Counted from the first letter of the stretch, positions 22,201 through 34,830 are shown. The stretch: DNA of 64,000 nucleotides from the human T2T-CHM13v2.0 reference genome, Homo sapiens (GCF_009914755.1 NC_060946.1); one strand, 5' to 3'. Notes: generated by a model from the letters alone, not told the origin. Numbers and translations are program-made.

Positions 22201-24993
22201 AATCGGCTTTTCTTTTTGACCACTTAGCCAGGCTCCACATTTTCCAAACTTTAGATCTCCACTTGAAGTTCCAACTTGAAGTCACTTCTTAGGTCACCCA
22301 TAAGAACACAAGCTGTTCAATGTAGGCAGGACACCTCTTGTGCTATGCTGCCTAGATGTTCATTTCACCAGATACATCCTAAATCATCACCTCCAAGTTC
22401 ATAGTTTCACAGATCTCCAGGGCAGGGTCCCCATGCAGCCAGCTTCTTTGCTAAGGCCAATCAAATGTAATCTTGTCTCTTGTTCATAGGAAATTCCTCA
22501 TTTTCATCTGAGAACTTTTAGGTCTGGACTTCAGTGTTTACACTTTTGTCAGCCTTCCTATCACAAGTATTTAACAATTCTCTATAGTGGTCCAATATTT
22601 TCCTCATCTTGCTGTCTTCTAAGCTTTCCCAACTCTTCTGACCTCTGTCTTTTACCCACTTCTGAACCTGGTTCTACATTGTCAGCTATCTTTATCACAG
22701 CCTGGCAATGTGGTAAAACAGAAAAGTCCATTTTCAGGGGGAAAGTTCATGAAGGATTCAGATATTTGCATGAAAAGAAGCTGAGTGCTGGTTGCCAAGA
22801 CAAAGGGGAAAGGGCCTTGAAGGCATTTCATGGCTCCACTTCATAGTACTAATTTTCTGCATGATCATAAAGAAAAGAGGTTTAATTGGCTCACGGTCCA
22901 GCAGGCTGTAAAGGAAACACAGTGGCTTCTGCTTCTGGGAGGATCAGATCAGGAAGCCTTCCAATCATACCAGAAGGCCAAGGGGCAATGAGATGTTTCA
23001 AATGGCAGGGGTAGAAGAAAGACTGAGAGAGGAAAGAGGTGCCACCCCCTGTTATATAACCAGATCTCATGAGAACACACTATCATGAAGACAGCATCAA
23101 GAAGATGTTGCCTAACCATTGGTGAAGGATTTGCCTCCCACCCCCACCTCCCACTGTTTCCAGGCAGAAGCCTGCTGCAGATGAAGCGTTCTTGGGAAAC
23201 CTCTACTAGGGCAGTGCAGAAGGAAAATATGGACTTGGAGCCCCCATGCAGGGGGCCACCACCCTCCAGACCCCAGATACATAGACCCACCAACAGCTTG
23301 CACCCTCCGTGTGGAAAAGCTACAGGCACTCAACACTAGTCCAGTCCATGAAAGCAGCCATTGGGGCTCAAACCTGCAAAGCCACAGGTGCGCTTCCCTA
23401 GTAGGGATTTTCCATGAGACTCTGCCTCTGCAGCAGGCTACTACCCCTTCCTACTACCCACCACCCTCCCACCACCGTACAGCCAGTCTACTCCCTCCCA
23501 CCCTACCCACCCCTTTTTCCCTTCCACATCCACCCCCACCCATCCATGATTAAATCACTCCCTCCCTCTCCCTGTCATAATCTAATCCCTCCAAACCCTT
23601 CCAATCCTTGTTTGCTACCCACTACTGAGCCTGCTTCTACTTTTTCAGATATCTGTATAGCAGGTTGGCTATGTAGCAAGAACAAAAATCCCATTTAAGG
23701 GGAAACATTCAAGAAGATTTCAGAAATTTGCATATAAAGAAGCCCTGTGCTAATAGCCAAAACAAAGGGAAAAAGGCCTTGAAGGCATTTCACAGCTCCT
23801 CTCTGCAGTTCTACTTTTCTGTATTATTGTAAATAAAAGAGGTGTAATTGACTCATGGTTCTGCAAGCTGTGAAGGAAGTATAGTGTCTTCTGTTTCTGT
23901 GAGGAATCAGGAAGCCTCCTCATTATATCAGAAAGCCAAGGGACAATGAGATGTCTCCTAAAGCAGAAGCAGGAGGATGAGATCTGTTAAACAACCAGAT
24001 CTCATGGGAACTCACTCATTATCAGGAGTATAGCATCAAGGTGATGGTTCTTTATCATTCGTGAAGTATCTACCTGCACCATTTTATGACTAAATCTTTT
24101 TCCACCTAGACCTTGCCTGTAACATTACAAAATATAATTCCACATGAGTTTTGGTAGGGACATAGACAAAAACCGTATTATTCTGTCCTTGACCCAATGA
24201 ATCTCATGTCCTTCTCACATTGCAAAATACAAACATGCCTTGCCAGCAGTCTCCCAAATTCTTAACTCATTTCAGGATTAACTCAAAGTTACAAAGTCCA
24301 AAGTCTCATCTGGGTCAAGGCTACAGTCTCTTTTGCCTATGAGTCTCTGAAATAAAAAGCAGGCATTGTGTAAGCTTTCCATTTCCAAAAGGAAGACATT
24401 TTCCAGAAAGCTTCTTATTTCTCTCTGAGACCTCCTCAGCCTGGCCTTCACTGTCCATGTTTCTGTCAGGATTTTTGTCACAACCATTGAACCAGACTCT
24501 AAGATGGTCCAAAAGTTTTCTCATCTGTCTTCTTTTGAGCCCTCCAAACTCTTCCAACCTCCGTCCATTACCTGGTTCCAAAGCTGCTTCCACATTTCCA
24601 GGTATCTTTATAGCAACGCTCCAGTCCTCATTTGCCATTTCCCGTATGATTTATTTTGAAAAAGAGGTTTAATTGGCTCATGGTTCTAAGCACAGTGCTT
24701 CTGCTTCTAGGCCTCAGAAATCTTTCAATAATCATGGAAGGCAAAGAAAGAATCAATTGTCTCACATGGCAAGGAGAAAACACGGAGAGTGGGGAGGTGA
24801 TATAGAGATTTCAGTGACTACATCTCATGAGAAGTTACTCATTATTGTGAGGATGGTACAAGGGGATGGTGCTGAACCATTCATGAGAAATTTGCCTTCA
24901 TAATTCAATCACATTATACCAGGATCCACCTTCCACATTAGGAAATATAATTCAACATGAGATTCGGTGGGGACACATATTCAAATTGCATCA
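10299..24993 (-). mobile_element. Tandem array of rearranged MaLR (MST/THE1-like) LTR + internal units, ~2.9-3.4 kb per unit, about 4.5 copies
   Basis: LTR motif GGCAGGAGTAG..GCAAGAC.GAGAG recurs at ~10337, 13209, 16638, 19911 and 23003. LTR-end motif ACAATTCCACATGAG..TT.GTAGGGACACA and MaLR-internal motifs (AAGTCTCATCTGAGACAAGG; CCAAGGCCTTGGGCAGCTC) recur. The array ends in a canonical LTR terminus at 24993. Confidence 0.9.
24640..24993 (-). mobile_element. Terminal, near-complete MST-like LTR of the array
   Basis: AAAAGAGGTTTAATTGGCTCATGGTTC ... AATTCAACATGAGATTCGGTGGGGACACA...ATCA follows the reverse complement of the MST/THE1 LTR consensus without the inserted inverted pieces. Confidence 0.8.
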
Positions 24994-24999
24994 TCAATC

Positions 25000-26320
25000 T
25001 TTGAATATAAAGACATCCACAGCAGGCTTTATCCAGCCAACTTCTTTGAGACTCTTTATAGAGTTTTAAGTCTAGAGCATATACACTAAAATATTCATAC
25101 TTCGAAAAGCAATAAAGTGGTATTATCATTTTTCCAAAAGTTACAGCAGTAGTTTAGGCATTCATAGTATGATTTAGTTCACGATTGCTACTGTTTCTAT
25201 TCTATCACCATATTAACTGTTTCCTATACAATTCTGTATTCAACTGGATTTCAGTTGAGCACAAAACCATCCTTGTACTAGCTCTTTGCTAGTGTTATTA
25301 TTCTGCTGTAGAAAGTATCCTTGAACTGGAAACCGTCCACGATCGAGTATCGAGTCATTCAACACTATCAATTCCTGGGTGACTTTTTGAAAAAGTAGTA
25401 TCTCTTGTTGCAAGAAATGCTGCATCTGTGAGTCCATGTCTCTCACTGGAATTGGATGGAAGTGGTGAATTTCAGCCAAAGTGGCCAAAGAAATCCTGTT
25501 CCTGTGATTCTGACGTCATCAGCCTCTGCACCTCTGTCTTCCCTTCTGCCACATGTTGCCTGCTCTCCATGACTTTGGTAAGAGCTTCCTTGTGTATGTG
25601 GATGATGTCCAGGATGTTGGTCTGGTGTCCCTGAGACAGCACTAACAGGTCCATGGCTAGGTCCAGGTCCTTCCTGGACTGACTGGCAAAGAGCTCACTG
25701 ACAGAGTGGAAGGCATCTATACTGAAGTGGATGGCCTGGTCCAGCTCCAAGGCCTGGCTGAGGCTGAAGAACTGTCAGGCTTCTGATGCTCTTTCTCAAA
25801 GCCTGCCACCACTCATTGGCTGTGAAGTTGAGCTGAGTGCCCTGTTGTCCATCTTCTTGGTGAAGCACTTGAAGCCGTCAATCTTGCTCTCCCACGCCTA
25901 AAAGTTGAGTGTCACACTGGGGGTGGGCTCAGGGCCAGGAAGAATCTGGCACTCACCATCTCATCCTTCTCAGCCTTCCTCTTGCCCTGTCTCCAGGCTA
26001 TCTCTTCAGTGCTGGTGGAGCACATCAGGAAGTGACAAACAATGTGGCACTGCACCTGCATCCAGAAGCTGGCTGTGTGGTTCATCTACAAGATTGGGCC
26101 CTTTCTGCACTTGAACATAGATCCACTTCACCATAGATGCCTTCCACACTGTCAGTGAGCTCTTTGCCCATCAGCCCAGGCAGGATCTGGACCCAGTCAT
26201 GGACTTGTTAGTGCTGTCTCAGGGACACCAGGCCAACATTCTGGACATCATCCACGTACACAAGGGAGCTCTTACCAGAGTCCTCCTCAAGATGGCCTGT
26301 GGTCTGCCTCTTGGCACCCG
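25000..26320 (-). pseudogene. SNX18P: Processed sorting nexin 18 pseudogene (end of PX domain, BAR domain, probable 3' UTR), frameshifted and rearranged
   Basis: Minus-strand peptides [36 protein letters not shown]...QGH..N..DIIH..K.ALTKV.ESR.HV.EGK, ESKIDGFKCFTKKMD and KAEKDEMV match SNX18. The coding part (~25350-26320) has no intron. The extent of the 3' UTR (25000-25350) is less certain. Confidence 0.9.
26121..26282 (+). pseudogene. Inverted duplicate of SNX18 BAR-domain sequence inserted into the SNX18 pseudogene
   Basis: Reads [49 protein letters not shown] on the plus strand; approximate reverse complement of 25571-25732. Confidence 0.88.
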
Positions 26321-26894
26321 AGAAGCCCACAGTGCTGTAGAAGCCCCGATGCTTGGACTGGAGCCCCAAAGGCGGCACACACCCCAGTTCTGAGCCTGCT
26401 GCTCATTTCCTCTATGTGGCTCCATTTGCAGCACATTTGTTGCACTGAGGCCTGTGCATGCCAGGCAAAGCCAAGCTGGCTCAAAGAGCAACCACCCACC
26501 TCTGCAATGGTGTGCCAGGAGCCAGTGGACCAGCCACCAATGTCACTCCCTGCCAGTCAGGGTAAATCAGTTATTCTGCCCTGGAAGTGGAGCCCCAGTG
26601 CCATCTGCTTTTCCTCAGGCCTCCACTCCATCAGCTGTCAGGTGGTGGTCACTCAGACTGTGGGAAACTGGCCATCCCTGTTTCCTTGAGTGGGTGAGGT
26701 TGGTGACTGCTCCACCTGCTCCTGGCACACCCTTGCAGAGGTGGCTGGTTGCTCTTTGAGCCAGCTTGGCCTTGCCTGGAATGCACAGGCCCCAGGTACT
26801 GAGAAGCTGCTCCGAGTAAGTTTGTCTTGGGCCAAATTCTAAGTCTGGCCAGGGCCACAGAAGGCCGAGTCCCCTGGGTGGTAATCCTGGCTGC
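26280..26894. repeat. Second copy of the GC-rich module at 1-612, with the two halves in swapped order
   Basis: Direct alignment to ~325-590 and 4-304. Internal inverted arms at ~26446-26550 and ~26690-26794. Confidence 0.8.
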
Positions 26895-27737
26895 TGCAGG
26901 GGGGCCCATGGTGCCCCTCCCCTCCCAGGGCTCAGGATGAGGTCCGACTGGGACAGGATGCTTTAGGTATGGGACTTGTGCCCCAGGAGGGGACCTCTGT
27001 CACACAGGTTGGGTGAGAAGATATATGGCATGCTGCTGGCTGCAAGGGCTGTTGGGATGCACGTTCACCCTTCCCTTCAGAGACCTCAAAGTGACCAGCT
27101 TTCCCTTTATGAATGACTTCCAAGGCCCAGGAGCCATTTGGGGCTGCAGAGCAGCTGGCTGCATGCTGCCCTGGCTTCTTCCATGTTGTGCTGGTCACTA
27201 CCTACCAAGGGGGGTCAGATGCAGGCACAATGTAGGACGATTGTCTCTGGACCTGTGTCTTGGTTATCATGGAGCTAGACTGGGCCTGGTGACAGGGCCC
27301 TGATGGGGTTGTCCTGTGTGGTCACGGAGGTGATCAGAAAAGATGCAGAATGGAATTGCTGCAAGGATGAATGAGATGACTGTCAGCACATAACAGGCAG
27401 CTGGTGAGTGTTCAGGGATTACCCTCAGTAGCTGCCCAGAGGCCAAAACCACCCACCTGATAGTGACTTTTCCCAAGCCAGGAGGAAGAGAAAAGAGCAG
27501 GTCCCACTCACCTGAATCTGATCAGTGAGCTGTGTTGAGATGTGCCTCTCATCTAGAAAATGGTCCTTCACGCAGAGCTACTCACAGACACTGCTGTGTG
27601 TCTCTAACTGCTCCACAACACAGAGGCGATGGGGACTCAGCAACAGTGACATTGTGGGGTGACACAACCCACCACCATGGGAGTCTGCTTGGGTCAACAG
27701 GGCCCAGAGTCAGTGTCCTCTATCCCCTGAACTGACA

Positions 27738-27800
27738 TGTGTGTATGCAATGTATTTGTGTATGCATGTGTGCCTGTGTGTGTGTGTGTATGTGTGTGTT
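27738..27800 (+). repeat. Imperfect (TG)n microsatellite
   Basis: TGTGTGTATGCAATGTATTTGTGTATGCATGTGTGCCTGTGTGTGTGTG... Confidence 0.8.
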
Positions 27801-28149
27801 TGTCTTGCTTCTCTGGACAGGCCTAGCTTCTCCACTCATGGGTGCACCCAGGTCCTCATCACTGTCACCTTAGAGCATTAGAGCCTCTATAGGTGCTCCC
27901 CAATCTCTGCCCTCCCCACCCATGGTGGTACTGGGGATGCAGACAGAGGAGGGGCACTGCATAATGCTGAGAGGGCTGGCACCCTCTCTAGGTGGAACAC
28001 AGGTCATTTGTAAAGTTGTAGGTCTGCCAAGCAGTATTGGATTCAACACATCTTCTCACCTTCTCTTTCCAGCGACCCTCCAGGGTGCCCCGACTCACTT
28101 TCCCTGCAGATGGAGGCAAGGAGGCTCCACAGACAACCCCCCTGCCTGA

Positions 28150-28766
28150 GGTCAGATAGTGGCCAGCAGGCCAGGTACTGACAAACTGCCCCTGACCAGG
28201 TTCCCAGTGATGAGTGATGAGACCCCTAATGACCACTCCTCCATTGACCAAGTCCCACTGATCAAGTCCCCACTGACCATGTCTTCCTAACCAGGCCCAC
28301 ACTTAATAGGCCTCATGGGCCAGACCCCACTGACCAATTTTCCACTGACCTGGTCCCCATTGACAAGACAGGGTTCCCACTGACAAGACCACAATTTACC
28401 AGGTTGCTGCTCAACCGACCCCCCACTGAACAATTCTCCATGAACGAGTACCCAGCTGACTGAGCCCCCTCTGACCAGGCCCTCACTGACCAGGCCCCAA
28501 GCCACTAAGGCCCCACACTGACCAGGCCCGTGATATATTGTGTATGCCCCACCAACCAGTTTTTCATTGTTTATGTTCCAACAGATCAGGCCCCACTAAT
28601 AAAGCCACCACTGACTAGGTCCCCCCACTGACCAGGCTTCCAATGACTAGGTCACCAGGTCCCCACTGAGGAGGCCGCCACTAACCAGGCCCCTGCTGAT
28701 CAGGTCCCAAATGACCAGGTCCTGATGACCAGGTCATCTCTGACCATGGTCCACTGACCAGGCCCC
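28150..28766 (+). repeat. Second block of the CCCCACTGACCAGG minisatellite
   Basis: Same unit and orientation as 9415-10298. Confidence 0.88.
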
Positions 28767-30414
28767 AGAGCAACGGGGTTCAAAGTCTCATTACAATGTC
28801 CCCCTCAGCTCATAGACCCTCCCTCCCTGCATGTGTGCCCGGAGGTCAGGCCCTGGGGTTTTTTTTTGGGACGTGGCCTTTCCTCCAAGACACAGGGAGA
28901 GACAGTTGGCCTCAGGCTCCAAGTTCCCAGCTCCACACTCACCCCAAAGGCCCTCTGGGCCCGTCTCAAAGGAGAAAGTGAGGTGGCCTGACACTGCCTG
29001 GACACACCATCTACCCTATTCCTGAGTGTCAGAGTGTGAGGAAGGGAGGGACATTTGGCAGATAAGGCACGCTGTGCTGTTGGGTCTCTCAGGGCCCTTC
29101 CCACAGAGCCCCGATCTAAAGACACAACACAGAGGCTACAGGAAGACTAATCCAGAACCTCTGAGACAGCCAGGGACCACATGAGTACTCTCCCCAGACA
29201 GCCAGAAGGCCCTTTGCTAGTTTCTTGGTACTTCAGTGGATGTGGCAGTGGTTCTTCTGTTGGGGACCAGTGAGTACACACTGGGGAGGGCTCACCTGTG
29301 TTTCCTCAGTGGTTCCACCTCTGCTTCTAAAAAAAATGACTCATTCCAGAGCTGGCGCAGAGAAAATACAAGCTGAGCTTAGAACATCTTCTGCCAGAAA
29401 GTAAAAAAGTGCCGACAGAGTAATGGAGACAAATCAAAGAGACATAAAGTCAGCTTGGAATGTCTACTACTGGCCTAATCTTGGGGAATTGGAGCATCAG
29501 AATCATGAGCTTTCTTTCTCCCTTATTTATTGGTTTTATTTCTCCATGTAGAACAAAGAAGAGAATAAGAAAATAATCATCTGGTAACCATCATAGTAAT
29601 AATTGTTCAAACACAAGTCATCCATGAAATGCTAAATCTAGTGGGTTCTGAGGAGTAACCAGATATTTACAGAGCCTCAAAGTATCTCCATACAAAATAC
29701 GGTTGAACTACAAAAAGAAAATTGTAACATTAGCATGGACAAACCTGGCAGGTACTCCTTAACTCTCCTAAGTAATAAAAACTGTAAAATGCAAATAAGC
29801 CTTCGATGACATTTACTAACCTTTACTAAAGTATCAATGATGACTTGGTTGTTTAAGCAGCTGACATTTGGGCAATTTGAGTATGTCAAACTCAATAATA
29901 CTGGTTTTCATTTGCAAGATCCACTTAAAACTTAAGGAGGCCAAAAAACATCATTTAAAATACCCTATAAATTATAATCATACATATGATACAAAAATAT
30001 CCTACTTCAGTAAATATTGGAATGTTATATATTTTATGAGAAACAATTAAAATGTGTAAATAGCCCAGTAATAAAGTTTTATAATCTTTTAAATCATCAT
30101 AGAATTTTTCCTTAAGACTTTATGGTTAAATATTCTCTTCATTAGATGTGGCTTACCCATGGATTCTAGAGAAGAAAGTAGATGGGAGCAAGTGTCCAAT
30201 ACAGCAACAGCTGGAAAGAAAAATAAAGAATTTTGTTCTTTACCTAAAACACTTCAGTTAACTAAGAGTGAGTTTAAAAACTAAAGACTTGAGAACTTTA
30301 TCAGAGTTAATAAGAATGAGAAATATGTATGTACATTTACAATACAAAATTACTATTTAATAATTTACACATGGCATTAATTCTAATTGTGTTTAAATAT
30401 CAGAGCTTTTTCAG

Positions 30415-30800
30415 TCTTCATTCATGTAATCAACAGCCACATGCTAAGGTACTAGAACCAGCACTGGAATTACAAGATGAAGATGGCATGGTCCACCTCT
30501 CAACAGTCATAAGCTATAACCTAAAAAACAGACAGGCAGGCAATGTCCATATAGAGTCATAGATACCATGACAGGTATACAGCAGGGCACTACTGGAACA
30601 CAGAGAAGGGACATCTACCCACTTTTATGTCAATATCATGGGCTTTCTGGTGGAGGAGATAACATAGGTTGATACCTGAAGGACAAGAAAAAGCTTCCCA
30701 GATAGAGGAAAGAGGCAAAGGCAAAGAGCCTGAGGTGAGGAAGAGCCCTGCAGAGTTCCACTCCATCCAGTTTGGTGCTAGAGCAAAGGGCAGAGTGCAG
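30415..30800. mobile_element. Degenerate L2 fragment
   Basis: TTCATTCATG..ATCAACA start followed by purine-rich L2-like sequence; highly diverged. Confidence 0.45.
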
Positions 30801-31725
30801 TAAGTGGTGAGAAACAAGGCTGAGTAACTTGGCAAGAATTACATTGATATGGGTGTTTTTATTTCATGGTGAAAAATTTGGAACTTTTCCTGAGAACAAG
30901 TGTAAGCCAATGACACAGTAAATTAGAGGAGATTTAAAATGTCACCTGTCAAGTGACTGCTTATGAAGGGTTATTGCTCAGCTAAGTATTTCTGAATGAG
31001 TCTTAGGTCTGTTGGCCTTCAATCTCTACCGAAACCCTGAGAACTTGATGATGCTTTTGTTTTCTGAGAATCGTTTCAGTGTGCTGGCTGACAGTTCCAT
31101 GAGGATGGCAAAACTTAAGAAAGTGTAGAGCCAGTGAAGAAGAGATGCACAGACTTCTTGGGAACTGTTTAAGCTTTGGAACATGATGAATTTATGGTGC
31201 ATAAGTGCAGTCTTCTCTGTGAAAGTTTTTGTTTTCACATCTTTCATTAGATGTGTGTAAGAAAAAATATTGATGTAGTATCTACTAACCCAAGAATGAA
31301 AAGGAATGCCATTTGCTATTTACACTTTATTTCTAAAATAAACCTAAATTTAATTAATAAATTTTGTCAACGTACTTCTCTGTTTCTCTAATTATTTATT
31401 CTACACAGTCCAGCCCCATCTAAAATAAGTAAAAATAATAATAATGTCTAAATTAAACAAGAAACATTATCATGAAAATCATGTATCACTTACAAAATGT
31501 GGCCTTTAGTATTTTTAGTGACTAGACATTACTTGAAGTTTGCTTAAATAGAAAAATAATCACATAAATAAAATAAAATTTCTACTTATTTTAAGTTTAG
31601 ATAACAGAGGATGTATATGTGTAATGCTGTTTAGAGTAATCTGACAAAAATGCAGTTAATATTGATCTATTGCATATACATGATTTTAGAAAGGTAGTGT
31701 TTTATTAGTACAAAGGTTAAACAAT

Positions 31726-32034
<309 letters not shown>

Positions 32035-32169
32035 TTAAAGCCATCTTTTGCAATGAATGCATTGCTTTGAAATTCTTAGAAAACTCTGCCCTTTATAAAA
32101 GTTTAATCCATTTTTTACTTCAATAAATTTTATCTTAAAAAGAAATTTCTGTTCTCTACTTATAGGAAA

Positions 32170-33325
32170 CTTTTCTTTTTTTTTCTAGTTTGTATTCTAA
32201 ATTAACGTGGTACCTCTGTAAGTTTCTTCCAAAGGCATATTGAGGGATACCGAGTTTTGCAGTACAATTAAACCCATCACACAGTTTGTGAGCATAGGAC
32301 CCAAGAAGTAGTTTTTCAACCCTGGCCCACTCTGTCCCTCCCCGTTCTTATTTCCCAGTGTCTATTATTCCCACCTTTATGACAATGTGCACCCAATATG
32401 TAGCTCCCACATGAGTGAAAACATGACATATTTGGTTTCTGTTTCTGCGTTGGTTTGCTTAGGAGAGTGGATTCCAGCTGTATTCATGTTGCTGCAAATG
32501 ATGTGATTTTGTTCTTTTCATGGCTGCATAGTATTCCATGGTATATATGGAATTTTCCAATCTACCTTGGATTTTCAATCTACCTTGGATGTACCTGGAT
32601 TGACTCCACGTCTTTGCTATTGTGAATAGTGCTGCAATGAACATACATGTGTATACATCTTTTTGTTACAATGATTTATTGTCCTTTCGATATACCCCTA
32701 GTATAGTAATGGGGTTGCTGCATCCAACAGTCATTCTTAGTTCTTAATTTCCAAACTGCTCTCCATAGTAGCTGAATTAATTTACATTGCCACAAACGGT
32801 TTGTGTTCCCTTTTCTCCACAGCCTCCCCAACATCCTTTTTTAAGTTTTTATTTATTATTTGTTTTTAACAAAAGTCATTGTGACTGATGTGAAATGGTA
32901 TTTAATTGATGTTTTGTTTGGCATTTTTCTGATGATTAGCAATGGTAAGCATTTTTTAATGTTTGTTGGCCACTTATGTGTGTTATTTTGAGAACTGTCT
33001 GTTCATGTCCTTTGCCCATTTTTAATGGTCTTATTTATTTTTTGCTTGTTGATTTGTTTAGGTCTCTTATGGATTCTGGATAATAGGCGTTTGCTATATC
33101 CATACTTTGTGAATATTTTCTTCCATTCCTTATGCTGTCTGTTTAATCCCGTGATAGTTTCTCATGCTGTGCAGAAGCTATTTAGCTAAATTAGATCACA
33201 CTTGTCAATTTTTGTTATTCTTGCAATTGCTTTTGAGGACTTAGCCATAAATTAATTGACAAATATGATATCTAGAAGAGTATTTCCTAGGTTTTTTCCA
33301 GGATTTTTATAGTCAGAAGATGTAC
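32170..33325 (-). mobile_element. L1 3' end fragment (older primate subfamily)
   Basis: ORF 32459..32644 (-) MFIAALFTIAKTWSQ...IYTMEYYAAMK is the ORF2p C-terminus; T-rich tail at the left. Confidence 0.88.
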
Positions 33326-33350
33326 TCTTATGTAAGGAAAGCACAAACCT

Positions 33351-33645
33351 TTTTTTTTGTTTTGTTTTGAGACAGAGTCTCCATCACCAAGGCTATAGTG
33401 CAGTGGTATGATCTTGGCTTACTGCAACCTCTGTCTCCTGGGTTCAAGTGATTCTCCTGCCTCAGCCTCCTGAGTATCTGAGATTACACATGCCTGCCAA
33501 CACGCCTTGCTAATTTTTGTATTTTTACTAGAGACAGGTTTCATCATTTTGGCCAGGCTGGTCTCAAACTCCTGACGTCAGGTGATTCACCTGCCTCGAC
33601 CTCCCCAAATTTTGGGATTACAAGTGTGAACCACCATGCCTGGCC
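33351..33645 (-). mobile_element. Alu (AluS)
   Basis: T-tail, GAGACAGAGTCT...CCACCATGCCTGGCC; TSD-like AAGCACAAACC / AACCACAAAGC. Confidence 0.95.
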
Positions 33646-33826
33646 AACCACAAAGCTTTTAACATAAAAAGGGAAATGAACATTTTAGTGTTTTGTTTAA
33701 TTCATAAAATGCAATTATTTTGGATTCTACTAAATAATAAACATCCATATGTGGCAAAGTGTTTGGATGCTAATCATTCAGTTGTGATTATGGGTGGGAA
33801 GAATTGAGATGGTGCAAATAAACTTT

Positions 33827-34130
33827 TTTAATTTTTTTTTATTTTCAAGATGGAGTCTTGCCCTGTCACCCAGGCTGGAGTGCAGTGGTGCAATCTCAGC
33901 TGCTGCAACCTCCGTCTCCCAGGTTCAAGCAATTCTCTGCCTCAGCCTTCCTAGTAGCTGGGATTACAGGTGCCCACCACCACACCAGGCTAATATATTT
34001 TTTTGTACTTTTAGTAGAGTTGGGGTTTCACCATCTTGGCCAGGCTGGTCTTGAACTCCTGACCTCGTGATACACCTGCCTCAGCCTCCCAAAGTGCTGG
34101 GATTACAGGCATGAGCCACCACACCTGGCT
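33827..34130 (-). mobile_element. Alu (AluS)
   Basis: Full Alu in reverse; TSD GGTGCAAATAAACTTT (33811) / GGTGCAAAGAAACTTT (34131). Confidence 0.95.
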
Positions 34131-34157
34131 GGTGCAAAGAAACTTTAAAAGTGGCAT

Positions 34158-34479
<322 letters not shown>

Positions 34480-34830
34480 CTACAATCAATTAGAGAGTAA
34501 GCCAGAGCATCTCAAAGTATATCATCAGTTATCAGGCAATAACATGCAATTTCTAAAACCTAACTTAAATGCAGCTTTTAAAGACATTTCAATCATGTCA
34601 GTTTAGTCACATTTATTGAATAAAGTTAGCAAATGGATATCTCTTGAAAATGAGAGCTCCAGGGAATTAAAAAATGTAAAGTTCCCATTTCCTTTCTGTG
34701 TTAACACAGCTAATTATGATCTTTACTTCACATGCAAAAGTCAACAGAACAACTCAGTATTTCACCAAATTATAAACAAGAATTACGCTAGAGAAATGAA
34801 ACCCTAAAGAGAAACGGTCATATAACTAAC

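Noticed and set aside
25240-26320. Functional SNX18 retrogene
   Set aside because: Lacks the SH3 domain and most of the PX domain, is frameshifted, and is interrupted by an inverted insert.
26600-26820. Possible SOWAHC-pseudogene origin of the GC-rich module
   Set aside because: Only faint motif resemblance by eye; not supportable without an alignment.
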